A stretch of DNA of 64,000 nucleotides from Acidobacteriota bacterium (lineage in GTDB: Bacteria; Acidobacteriota; Vicinamibacteria; Vicinamibacterales; Fen-181), in assembly GCA_017883185.1 (NCBI GenBank), contig JADGOB010000002.1:10844-74843 (forward strand). The letters are read 5' to 3'. Below the pieces are notes generated by a model. That model did no database searches and was not told where the DNA came from. It saw only the letters and a program-made list of their open reading frames with translations. Of the stretch, positions 37,505 to 46,211 are shown piece by piece. Positions within the stretch are counted from its first letter, which is position 1, and each line of letters begins with the position of its first letter. A program made the translations under genes and the position numbers.

Positions 37505-39895
37505 CTACGTGTCGTTTCTCGCCAGCCCCCAGGCGACCGCGACCACCTGGCCGAGCGCGATCCCGCCATCGTTGGGCGGAATCCGCTGATGCCATGCCGG
37601 GCGAAACCCTGTCGCCCTCAGCCGGGCGATGGTGCGCTCGAGCAGGTACCGGTTCTGGAAGCAGCCACCTGAGAGTATCACCCGTTCGGCCGACGCCCGT
37701 CTCGCAATCTCGACGATGACCTCCGCCAGAGCATTGTGGAAGCGGGCGGAGACGACCCCGACGGGGCAACTCGCACGCACGTCGTCCACGAGGGCGCGGA
37801 CGAGCGGCGCCCATCCGATGACCCACGCGGGTAGCGCGGCCAAACCCGACACCCCGACAGCCTGGCCCGGGGATGAGGGCCGCGTCGTGCTGAGTCCGTT
37901 AGGCGCGAAGTCTTCGACGGCGGGGAAAAGAGATCGTATATCGAGCGGATAACAGTCATCGGTCGTCACGCCGTCAAGGGCGAACTCGAGATCCATCGCC
38001 GCCTGCCCCTCGTAGCGGACCCCCTGGCGCAATCCCGCGATCGAAGCGACGGCGTCGAACAGTCGGCCGACGCTCGACGTGCGCGGTGAGTTCACGCCCC
38101 GCTCGATCATCGTCCGCACGAGCTGCCGTTCGGAGTCCGAGAATGCCGCGACCGGCGCAAGGTCCGCCATCGTCCAGGCCTCGTCGCCGAACACGGCGTG
38201 CAGCAGCCCTATCGCCGTTCGCCGCGGTTCCCTGACCGCGCGATCGCCACCGGGCAGCGGGAAGGTTCGGAACGTGGCGACGCGTTCGGCCGACGAGGGC
38301 GCAACGGAGAAGAACTCGCCTCCCCAGATGGTCCCGTCAAGACCGTACCCTGTGCCGTCCCATGACACACCAAGCGCAGGCGGCTCGATCTCGTTCTCGG
38401 CCATGCAGGCCAGGACGTGCGCCAGGTGATGCTGCACCCTGGCGACCCTCACGCCCCGCCGCGAAGCGTAGAGGCTCGACAGGTAGTCGGGGTGTTCGTC
38501 GCACGCCACCACGACCGGCGTCAACTCGTACATCTGCTCGAACGCCTCGATCACCCGCTCGAAGGCGCCGTACGCCTCCGGTGTTTCCAGATCGCCCACG
38601 TGCTGGCTGACGAACACGTTACGTCCGACGGAGAGGGCGACCGTGTTCTTGAGGTGCGCCCCCACGCCGAGAACGGGCGGCATCTCCGACCGAAGCGCGA
38701 AGGGCAGCGGAGCGTAGCCGCGCGCCCGGCGCAGCACCAGTTCGCGACCGGCTGCCACGCGCACGACCGAGTCGTCCACGTGCCTCGCAATCGGCCGGTC
38801 GTGAACGAGAAAGACGTCCGCGAGACCGCGCAGCCTCTCGAGCGACTCGTGCTCGTCGGTGCAGATCGGCTCGTCGCTGCGGTTGCCGCTCGTCGCGACG
38901 ACCGGGAACCCCAGGTCGCCGAGCAACAGGTGATGGAGCGGCGTATACGGCAGCATCGCTCCCAGGTTGGGGTTCCCTGGCGCCACGCTGACCGCAACCG
39001 GGTCTCTCCCCTCTTCCCGTCGTCGAAGCAGCACGATCGGCGACTCGGGCGAGGCGAGCAGCCTTGCCTCGCGCTCGGTCACCTCGCAGGCGACGCGGAC
39101 GGCTGCCAGCGAGGGAAACATGAGCGCGAACGGCTTCTCCTCGCGCGCCTTTGCCCGCCGCAGGCGGCGCACGGCCTCGTCGTTCCGCGCGTCCACGACC
39201 AGGTGAAAACCGCCCAGCCCCTTCACCGCGACGATCGCCCCCTCACGAATCCTGGCTTCGGCAGACCGGAGCGCCTCGTCGCGCATCGCCAGGCGCGCGC
39301 CGTCCACGTCCCACAGCTCGAGGCGCGGACCGCAGTCGGGGCAGGCGTTGGGCTGCGCGTGGAAGCGCCGGTCGCCAGGGTTCTCGTATTCCTCCCGGCA
39401 CGCGTCGCACATCGGAAAGGCCGCCATCGTCGTTTTCGGGCGGTCGTAAGGCAACGCCCCGATGATCGTGAAGCGTGGGCCGCAATTGGTGCAGTTGGTG
39501 AAGGGGTACCGGAAGCGCCGGTTGCCCTCGTCGAACACCTCGTGCAAGCAGTCCGGGCAGGTCGCGATGTCGGGCAGCACTAGCGCGCTCTTCTCGCCGT
39601 CCGCGCTCTCGCGGATCTCGAAACCGGCGAAGCCGACGGGCTCGAGATACGAGGCCTCGAGCCCCTGGATCACGGCGCGAGGCGGGTGGTCGCGGCCGAC
39701 GCACACCAGGAACCGCTCGAGCGCGGCAGGAGAACCTTCGACCTCGATGCTGACGCCCGCCGAGGAGTTGTTGACCCAGCCAGGCAGGCCCAGCGCACCG
39801 GCAAGCCGGTAGACGAACGGCCTGAATCCGACCCCCTGCACCGCGCCGCGGATGTGCACACGCAGACGCTGAGGATCGGCGTCCCGGGTGCTCAC
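37505..39895 (-). CDS. hypF: Carbamoyltransferase HypF
   Basis: GAVQGVGFRP acylphosphatase domain, two zinc fingers (CPDC...CTNCGPR; CDAC...CPDCGP), QHHLAH, WDGTG and NDGGIALGQ; GTG 39895 overlaps the upstream ORF stop. Confidence 0.95.
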   Translation of the reverse strand: MSTRDADPQRLRVHIRGAVQGVGFRPFVYRLAGALGLPGWVNNSSAGVSIEVEGSPAALERFLVCVGRDHPPRAVIQGLEASYLEPVGFAGFEIRESADGEKSALVLPDIATCPDCLHEVFDEGNRRFRYPFTNCTNCGPRFTIIGALPYDRPKTTMAAFPMCDACREEYENPGDRRFHAQPNACPDCGPRLELWDVDGARLAMRDEALRSAEARIREGAIVAVKGLGGFHLVVDARNDEAVRRLRRAKAREEKPFALMFPSLAAVRVACEVTEREARLLASPESPIVLLRRREEGRDPVAVSVAPGNPNLGAMLPYTPLHHLLLGDLGFPVVATSGNRSDEPICTDEHESLERLRGLADVFLVHDRPIARHVDDSVVRVAAGRELVLRRARGYAPLPFALRSEMPPVLGVGAHLKNTVALSVGRNVFVSQHVGDLETPEAYGAFERVIEAFEQMYELTPVVVACDEHPDYLSSLYASRRGVRVARVQHHLAHVLACMAENEIEPPALGVSWDGTGYGLDGTIWGGEFFSVAPSSAERVATFRTFPLPGGDRAVREPRRTAIGLLHAVFGDEAWTMADLAPVAAFSDSERQLVRTMIERGVNSPRTSSVGRLFDAVASIAGLRQGVRYEGQAAMDLEFALDGVTTDDCYPLDIRSLFPAVEDFAPNGLSTTRPSSPGQAVGVSGLAALPAWVIGWAPLVRALVDDVRASCPVGVVSARFHNALAEVIVEIARRASAERVILSGGCFQNRYLLERTIARLRATGFRPAWHQRIPPNDGGIALGQVVAVAWGLARNDT
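37893..37937. repeat. Family B repeat, copy 3, in-frame inside hypF
   Basis: The reverse complement ACGATCTCTTTTCCCCGCCGTCGAAGACTTCGCGCCTAACGGACT matches copy 1 at 39 of 45 positions. Confidence 0.8.
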
Positions 39896-40098
39896 GAGAC
39901 CGGTGGCTCGAACGGAAGGGCCAGCGGCGTCCGCACGACCGGCGGGTCGCCGGGCTTCATGTTCTGCTGGAAGCCCAGCCGCTCGCACAACCGGACCATC
40001 TCGGTGTGTTCCGACCACACGTCACCCGCGATACGCGCGAGGTGTTCGGCGCGGGGCACCGTGGCTGGCGCCTGGGCCTTCGTCGTCTCGATCTGCAT
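39892..40098 (-). pseudogene. Collapsed remnant ending in a GNAT-type C-terminus (acetate-CoA ligase/GNAT-like)
   Basis: RAEHLARIAGDVWSEHTEMVRLCERLGF resembles the GNAT C-terminal 'ENxxMxxLCxxLGF' motif; only 68 aa. Confidence 0.5.
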
Positions 40099-40290
40099 GA
40101 CGATGCCCGTCCTGGAAGAAGCAGGTGTTCGAACCGAAACCGTGTGATGGAGGCAGAGACTCAATATGTTACCACACGGCTCGAACACCCCCTCGATGGG
40201 CGCGGCGACGTATAATTAACAAATACGCGGTGCGCGAACCGTTCCTGTCGCCAACCGCTCACACTTCCTCCTTTTTATGCGTGGCCAGCC

Positions 40291-41685
40291 ATGAATGCGC
40301 CGAGCAGTCCGCTTGTAGACGAACCCGCGATCTTCGCCACCCTGGAGCGGGCCGGTACCGCGGATGCCGGCGCCGTTCGGGCGGTTCTCGCCAAGGCGCG
40401 CGAGCTTCGGGGACTCGATGCCCCCGAGATCGCCGTGCTCATGAAGGTGAGCGACCCCGAACTGCTCGCGGAGCTGTTCGCGACCGCCCGGGACGTCAAG
40501 GACACGATCTACGGCCGGCGGCTGGTGTTGTTCGCCCCGCTGTACGTGTCGAACATGTGCGCGAACGAGTGCACTTACTGCGCGTTCCGCGCGCGCAACC
40601 GGGCGGTGGTCCGCCGGGCGCTCTCCCAGGAGGAAATCGCGCAGGAAGTGCGCATCCTGATCGACCAGGGGCATAAGCGCGCGTTGCTGGTCGCCGGCGA
40701 GTCGTACCCGCGCGAAGGGTTCTCCTACGTGCTCGAGTGCGTCGATACGATTTACAGCGTGACGCACGGGAACGGCGAGATTCGGCGCGTGAACGTGAAC
40801 GTCGCCCCGCTCACGCTCGACGAGTTCCGGGCGCTCGGGGAGCGGAAGATCGGAACCTACCAGCTGTTCCAGGAGACGTATCACCACCAGACCTACGCGT
40901 CGGTGCACCTCAGCGGGAAGAAACGCGACTACGACTGGCGTGTGACCGCCATGGACCGCGCGATGGAGGCGGGGATCAACGACGTCGGGATCGGGGTGCT
41001 GTTCGGCCTGTTCGACTGGCGATTCGAGGTGCTGGCGCTGATGCAGCACATCCGCCATCTCGAGCGCCGGTTCGGCGTGGGCCCTCACACGGTCAGCGTG
41101 CCGCGCCTCGAGCCGGCAACCGGTTCGGATGTCGCGCTGCACCCGCCTCACGCGGTCAGCGACATCGATTTCCGGAAGATCGTTGCGACGCTCAGGCTCG
41201 CGGTGCCTTATACCGGCATCATCATGTCCACCCGGGAGGTAGCGAACATCCGGCGAGAGACATTTGCGCTTGGCGTGTCGCAGATCTCGGCGGGTAGCCG
41301 CACCAATCCGGGTGGGTACGCAGACGAAGAGCGAGCGGACGCGAGCCAGTTCTGCCTGGGCGACCACCGCGGGCTCGACGAGGTCGTGCGCGATGTCGCG
41401 TCGCTGGGGTACATCCCGTCGTTCTGCACCGGGTGCTATCGACTCGGCCGCACCGGCGCGGATTTCATGGCTCTCGCCAAGCCGGGCGACATCAAGCAGC
41501 ACTGCGACCCGAACGGGCTTTCGACGTTCCTCGAATACCTGATCGACTACGCGTCGCCCGAGACGCGGGCGGTCGGCGAACGGTGCATCACCGAGGCGCT
41601 TGACAGCATGGGCGCCTGGCCCCGCGAACGCGCCACGCAGTTGATGGGGAAGGTGAAGGCCGGCGAGCGCGACGTTCTGTGCTAG
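40291..41685 (+). CDS. hydG: [FeFe]-hydrogenase radical SAM maturase HydG
   Basis: CANECTYC (CX3CX2C), YQLFQETYH, HTVSVPR and C-terminal CTGC-X22-C, which is diagnostic against ThiH. Confidence 0.93.
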   Translation: MNAPSSPLVDEPAIFATLERAGTADAGAVRAVLAKARELRGLDAPEIAVLMKVSDPELLAELFATARDVKDTIYGRRLVLFAPLYVSNMCANECTYCAFRARNRAVVRRALSQEEIAQEVRILIDQGHKRALLVAGESYPREGFSYVLECVDTIYSVTHGNGEIRRVNVNVAPLTLDEFRALGERKIGTYQLFQETYHHQTYASVHLSGKKRDYDWRVTAMDRAMEAGINDVGIGVLFGLFDWRFEVLALMQHIRHLERRFGVGPHTVSVPRLEPATGSDVALHPPHAVSDIDFRKIVATLRLAVPYTGIIMSTREVANIRRETFALGVSQISAGSRTNPGGYADEERADASQFCLGDHRGLDEVVRDVASLGYIPSFCTGCYRLGRTGADFMALAKPGDIKQHCDPNGLSTFLEYLIDYASPETRAVGERCITEALDSMGAWPRERATQLMGKVKAGERDVLC

Positions 41686-41752
41686 ACATCTTCCAGGGCT
41701 GAGATCGTCATGAATGAAGCAAGTTTCTGTGGTGTCCCTGGAATCTGTCTTA
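41683..41752 (+). repeat. Family A hairpin repeat providing the hydG stop codon
   Basis: TAGACATCTTCCAGGGCTGAGATCGTCATGAATGAAGCAAGTTTCTGTGGTGTCCCTGGAATCTGTCTTA. Confidence 0.9.
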
Positions 41753-41794
41753 AGCGGAACTTCGCTGGTGATCGGCCAGAGGAAGAGGTGACGC

Positions 41795-42223
41795 ATGGAC
41801 CGCACTGACGTGTTCCACCTGACCGCACCCTGCGGCATCGACTGCTTCAACTGCGAGGTCTTCGAGCCGAATCTCACCGACGAGCGCCGCGACCGGACCG
41901 CGGCCCGGCTGAACGTTTCCCCCTCGGAGGTCGCCTGTCGCGGCTGCCGGGAACAAGGATGCACGCTGTTCAAGGACTGCCCGACACGGGCCTGCATCCT
42001 GGAGCGGGGCCTGTCCTTCTGCTCGCAGTGCGATGACTTCCCGTGCGCCCGCCTGCAGCCCTCCCGGGCCGGTGCCGACGTGTACCCGCACAACCTGAAG
42101 GTCTACAACCTCTGCCGAATCCAGGCGGTCGGCCTCCAGCGGTGGGCGGACGAGGAGGCGCTAACCATCCGTCGTCGCTATTTCGAGGGCACGTTCAAGC
42201 CCGGTCACGGCCCGACGCTGTAG
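41795..42223 (+). CDS. DUF3795-like Cys-rich (Fe-S/Zn) protein
   Basis: APCGIDCFNC, CRGCR, CPTRAC and FCSQCDDFPC. Confidence 0.8.
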   Translation: MDRTDVFHLTAPCGIDCFNCEVFEPNLTDERRDRTAARLNVSPSEVACRGCREQGCTLFKDCPTRACILERGLSFCSQCDDFPCARLQPSRAGADVYPHNLKVYNLCRIQAVGLQRWADEEALTIRRRYFEGTFKPGHGPTL

Positions 42224-42231
42224 CGCGCACC

Positions 42232-42375
42232 GTTCGTGCGCGACAATCCCCTGCTTCACGACGGCCTCGACCGACGGCAGGAACCGCTGGATCTTCGACT
42301 CCTCGTCGATGATCGACACCATGATGGGGAGGTCGGAGGACGTCTGCAGGTGCTTGCGGTGGATGCGCGCTGGCG
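42232..42375 (-). pseudogene. DUF190 (PII-like) C-terminal fragment
   Basis: ARIHRKHLQTSSDLPIMVSIIDEESKIQRFLPSVEAVVKQGIV resembles DUF190 proteins; no start codon or N-terminal half. Confidence 0.55.
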
Positions 42376-42423
42376 CCGTCTCCGTGTTCTTTGGGTTCTT
42401 TGTGGTTGTGAGTGCGGGGCAGG

Positions 42424-43239
42424 TCACATCGGCGGCTGGTGCTCGCGCATCCAGGCCAGGCAGCCCAGGATCTCCACCTGCAGTTCTTTCCGGCGGTCGG
42501 TGAACCGGTGATTGCTCGCGTTGATCAGCACGAGCCTCTTCGGGTTGCGCGCCACCTTCTCGAACAGCCGGTAGTCGGCCTCGGCGACGTACTCGTCCTT
42601 CATCGACTGGATCATACAGAGCGGCAGCGGCGCGATCGCCGGCACGAACTCCCTGGCCCTGAACATCGGTTCGTCCGAGTCCTTCCTGGTGATCCAGCTG
42701 GTGAAGTCGGTCCAGCGCCAGCCGAGCTCCGCCGTCGGCGGCAGCCCCATGGTCATCACGCCGTTCACCCATGACCGGTTCTGCGCGCCGGCGCCCGCCA
42801 ACACGGCCAGCGCCGCGCCCTCGGACACCCCCGAGACAAAAACGGGCGGCGTGATCAGTTTCCGGGCCATCAGAAAATGAAACAAGCTGCTGTAGTCCCC
42901 TCCCGGTTCGCTCGTGGTCAACGTCGTCTTCCCAGACGTGAACGCGCCCAGGTACTGCCGGACGTTGATGCCGACGACCGTGTAGCCCTTGTTCGACAGA
43001 TATTCCGACATGTCCACGGCCAGCCCCACCCAGCCGACGTCGCCGCTGCCCATGAGGATGGTGCCGAGCGGTTGCGCCAGCGTGGCCTTGTACACCGAAA
43101 TCGTGAGGGTCTGGCCGCGAAGACGGAACTCGATCCGCTGCTCGGCGGTTGCCTGGGCGGGCTGTGCGGATGTCATCACGAAGCCCACGGCCAGCGTGCA
43201 CGCAAAGAAGAGAACGCAGGATGATTTCATAGCGGACAT
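42424..43239 (-). CDS. AcvB/VirJ-like alpha/beta hydrolase (aminoacyl-phosphatidylglycerol hydrolase family)
   Basis: Signal peptide, GSGDVGWVGL, VVGINVRQY, GVSEG nucleophile elbow and SNHRF. Confidence 0.72.
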   Translation of the reverse strand: MSAMKSSCVLFFACTLAVGFVMTSAQPAQATAEQRIEFRLRGQTLTISVYKATLAQPLGTILMGSGDVGWVGLAVDMSEYLSNKGYTVVGINVRQYLGAFTSGKTTLTTSEPGGDYSSLFHFLMARKLITPPVFVSGVSEGAALAVLAGAGAQNRSWVNGVMTMGLPPTAELGWRWTDFTSWITRKDSDEPMFRAREFVPAIAPLPLCMIQSMKDEYVAEADYRLFEKVARNPKRLVLINASNHRFTDRRKELQVEILGCLAWMREHQPPM

Positions 43240-43244
43240 TCGTG

Positions 43245-44093
43245 TCAGCGATCAGGCGGCGTGCCGGATGCCGGCGGCATCCCGGAAATCCAGGCCAGCG
43301 AGCCGGCCATCCGCTCGAAGAGCGCCTCGCGGGCGTCGGTGAAGCTGTGATCGCGCGACTGGATGGCGAACAACCGTCGGAGGGCCGTGTCCGGTCCGAA
43401 CAACCCCCGCGCGGCGTCCGCCGGCAGGTAGTTGTCACCAGTGGACTGGATCACGACGAGCGGAAGCGACTGGAGCCGGTCCAGGTGCTCGTAGGTCTGA
43501 AATTCGACCACTTCGCGCCTCGGCATATCGCTCGGCGACTTGCCGAACTTCACCCGGTACTGCCGGACGTATTCCTCTTCCTTGGTGAGGGCGACGGCCA
43601 GCACACCCGCCAGTTCCCCGCTGAGCTCCGGCCGGCCGGCGGCCACCACCGCGAGGCCCGCCCCGCGTGACATGCCGACCAGGATCGTACGCGTACCGGT
43701 CGGCAGGCTCAAGATGGCTTTCGCGAACTCAATCAATTGCTGGTAGTCGCGCGCCAGGCGTCCTGGCGTGGTAGTACCGGACACGAATCCCAGGTGCTTG
43801 AGATAGCTCGGCGCGCTGAACCCGGCGACCGGGTATCCCCACCGGATCATGCGCCGGTAGCTCTCCACATCCTTTCCCCGCCATCCACCGTCGCCGGTCG
43901 CATAGAGCAGCAGCGGCGTGCCGGGTTGCAGTTGCGCCGGACGGGCGAGGTGCAGGTCCAGCGGGTGATCGTAGAACGTGATGCTCCGCTGGAACTCGAT
44001 CGGCTTCTGAGGCGGAGGCACCGCAGCCCGGTGCACGCAGCCACAGACCGCCAGCACCACAAGCCACGCGACGACGACCACGAGGTTTCGCAT
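43245..44093 (-). CDS. Second AcvB/VirJ-like hydrolase, probable lipoprotein
   Basis: AVCGC lipobox-like motif, ATGDGGW, GMSRG and RDHSF. Confidence 0.72.
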   Translation of the reverse strand: MRNLVVVVAWLVVLAVCGCVHRAAVPPPQKPIEFQRSITFYDHPLDLHLARPAQLQPGTPLLLYATGDGGWRGKDVESYRRMIRWGYPVAGFSAPSYLKHLGFVSGTTTPGRLARDYQQLIEFAKAILSLPTGTRTILVGMSRGAGLAVVAAGRPELSGELAGVLAVALTKEEEYVRQYRVKFGKSPSDMPRREVVEFQTYEHLDRLQSLPLVVIQSTGDNYLPADAARGLFGPDTALRRLFAIQSRDHSFTDAREALFERMAGSLAWISGMPPASGTPPDR

Positions 44094-44293
44094 CGAGTCA
44101 TCCTACCCTGCGCTCAACGATCAACCCTGGTCCACCCGCTGCGTGTCGGCGGGCGGACCCATCACCGGCGGGACGCCGTCCGAGCTGGTCTTCCCCATCC
44201 CGCATCCCCTCCGCGCGGCGAGGCCTGGCCCGCGCGGATCGTCACGGAGTCGCCGCCGGCGACTGCGATTCGCGCCCTTTGGCAGGATTCTCT

Positions 44294-45994
44294 TCAGCGA
44301 GCCGGTGCAGCCTTGCGGGGGGGACGCTCTGACGCGACGCGGTCGAAGAAGTCGCAGATGTCGCGCGACGCTCCGCTGCGCGACTGAAACTCGTCGCCAA
44401 GCTCGAGCGACAGATCGGTCCGGAATCGGTAGCGTGGCCACGCGGGCGCGCCCTCGCCATTGGGGTCACCCGTTGTCGCGAAGCGGGTCCAGCAAGCCAT
44501 CATCGCTTGCGACAACGTCCGATCATCGTCGTGCGGTTCCGAAGCGACCGGTCGGCTGCCGCGCGACAGCGTGCCGAAGACAAACGGGATCTCCGAGCCG
44601 TGGAAGGCACCGAGACGCGCGGCCGGCATGCCCGTGCGAACGCGCGTGAACGAATACAGGTAGGCGGGCGCGCCAAGGTCGGCCATCGCGCGGGCCAGGC
44701 GCCGCGCCGGCGCGACGAACGCCGAGTAGCCGACGACCTTTGACAGCGCCGGCTTCACCTCGGCATCGCGCGAAACAGGAAACCGCGCCAGCACCTCGTC
44801 GGCCCGGTCGCGGAACGACGAACGGACAAATCGGCGGTAGGTATCGACGTCGAGTCCCTGTAGCGGCGCCACGAAGATCGCGCCCTCGTCGGCGTTCGAT
44901 CCGAGGAGCACCGGTACCTTCAGCTGCTGCTTCTTCTCGAGAAGCACCGATGGCTTCTCCCTGATCAGCCACCGGTCGACGATCGGACCGAACGTGATGC
45001 CCTCGCCGAAGAACACCGGCGCGGGACGAGACGCATTCAGGATGTCGTCCACGCTCCGCGAGCGCAGCGCGGCCAGAACATCGTCCTCCCGGTCGCAGCC
45101 CAGGCGACGGCCGATCAACTCGCCGACTTCCTCCATCGACTCCTCGCCGGCCGGCGCGTCGCGCAGATACCGGGTGACGCCGTAAGGCGAGCCGCTCTGA
45201 AGGATCGCCGCGTGGAAGAGGCCCCGCGCCTGCTCGGAGACCAGCAGGCATCCGATGCTGACGGCTCCCGCCGACTCGCCGAACACCGTGACGCGGTCGG
45301 GGCTGCCGCCGAACCCGCGAATGTTGGCCTTCACCCAGCGCAGCGCCGCAAGCTGGTCGAGCAGGCCATAGTTGCCGGACGCGTCATGGCCCGACTCCTT
45401 CGTGAGGAGCGGGTGCGCAAAGAAGCCGAACGGGCCGAGGCGATAGTTGATCGTCACGACAACGGCGCCGCGCCGGGCCAGGGCTTCGCCGTCGTAGGCG
45501 GGGAGCGACCCGGCCCCCTGCGTGAAAGCACCGCCGTGAATCCACACCAGCACCGGAACCCGGCGGCTGGTCGGGTTCACGGGCGCCCAGACATTCAGAG
45601 AGAGGCAGTCCTCGCTCGTCTTTCCGATCCGATCGCCAAACACCTGCCGTTCGACCTGCGGACAGGACGGACCGAATTCCACCACCTGCCTCACGCCGGT
45701 CCACGGCGTTACGGGCTGCGGAGGCCGCCAGCGCAGGTTGCCGACCGGCGCGGCGGCAAAGGGGATCCCCTTGTAGACCTGTACCTGTCCGCCAACGACC
45801 GTCGTTCCCGCGACAAGCCCAGCCTCGGTCTTGACCGGGCGCGTCAACTTCGGAGCGGGCAGGGCGACAGGCACCCCAGACAAGGCGAGGGACGGGAACC
45901 CGAGGCAGACAAGGGCCGCCCCGATGATCGTCAGCAGGAGGCGGCCGCCCGTGGTCGAACGCCGACCGCAACAGGAAGAGAGTGGCAGTGACAT
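44294..45994 (-). CDS. Type-B carboxylesterase (PnbA-like), exported
   Basis: YKGIPFA, SEDCLSLNVW, WIHGG, FGESAG and FHGSEIPFVFG. Confidence 0.92.
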   Translation of the reverse strand: MSLPLSSCCGRRSTTGGRLLLTIIGAALVCLGFPSLALSGVPVALPAPKLTRPVKTEAGLVAGTTVVGGQVQVYKGIPFAAAPVGNLRWRPPQPVTPWTGVRQVVEFGPSCPQVERQVFGDRIGKTSEDCLSLNVWAPVNPTSRRVPVLVWIHGGAFTQGAGSLPAYDGEALARRGAVVVTINYRLGPFGFFAHPLLTKESGHDASGNYGLLDQLAALRWVKANIRGFGGSPDRVTVFGESAGAVSIGCLLVSEQARGLFHAAILQSGSPYGVTRYLRDAPAGEESMEEVGELIGRRLGCDREDDVLAALRSRSVDDILNASRPAPVFFGEGITFGPIVDRWLIREKPSVLLEKKQQLKVPVLLGSNADEGAIFVAPLQGLDVDTYRRFVRSSFRDRADEVLARFPVSRDAEVKPALSKVVGYSAFVAPARRLARAMADLGAPAYLYSFTRVRTGMPAARLGAFHGSEIPFVFGTLSRGSRPVASEPHDDDRTLSQAMMACWTRFATTGDPNGEGAPAWPRYRFRTDLSLELGDEFQSRSGASRDICDFFDRVASERPPRKAAPAR

Positions 45995-46067
45995 CAGCTT
46001 CGCGAACTGCGCGGGATCACCTGGGTATCAGGTCAACCCGGTGAGACATTATAGCGGCCGGGAAACG

Positions 46068-46150
46068 GCCGCGCTGCGCCAACTCGACGGCCACGGTCGA
46101 ACCGATGCGCCTCCCCCGGCCAACAGGACGACACGATCACGAAGCCCCAT
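46068..46150 (-). pseudogene. SDR oxidoreductase N-terminal fragment (frameshifted)
   Basis: GAGGAG then ATG 46150 gives MGLRDRVVLLAGG; a -1 shift continues RRIGSTVAVELAQRG, an SDR Rossmann start. Confidence 0.5.
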
Positions 46151-46211
46151 GATGAGCTCCTCACCGGCCTGACCGCCCCGGCTGAAGACCCACGCCACCT
46201 TCGCGCCACAC

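Noticed and set aside
40291-41685. ThiH instead of HydG, and BioB instead of HydE
   Set aside because: The C-terminal CX2CX22C is present in the first; the second has YEIYPGK and abuts hydF; no thi or bio genes are nearby.
41683-41752. Family A repeat as integron attC sites
   Set aside because: No RYYYAAC/GTTRRRY core sites, copies are in mixed orientation beside housekeeping genes, and there is no integrase.
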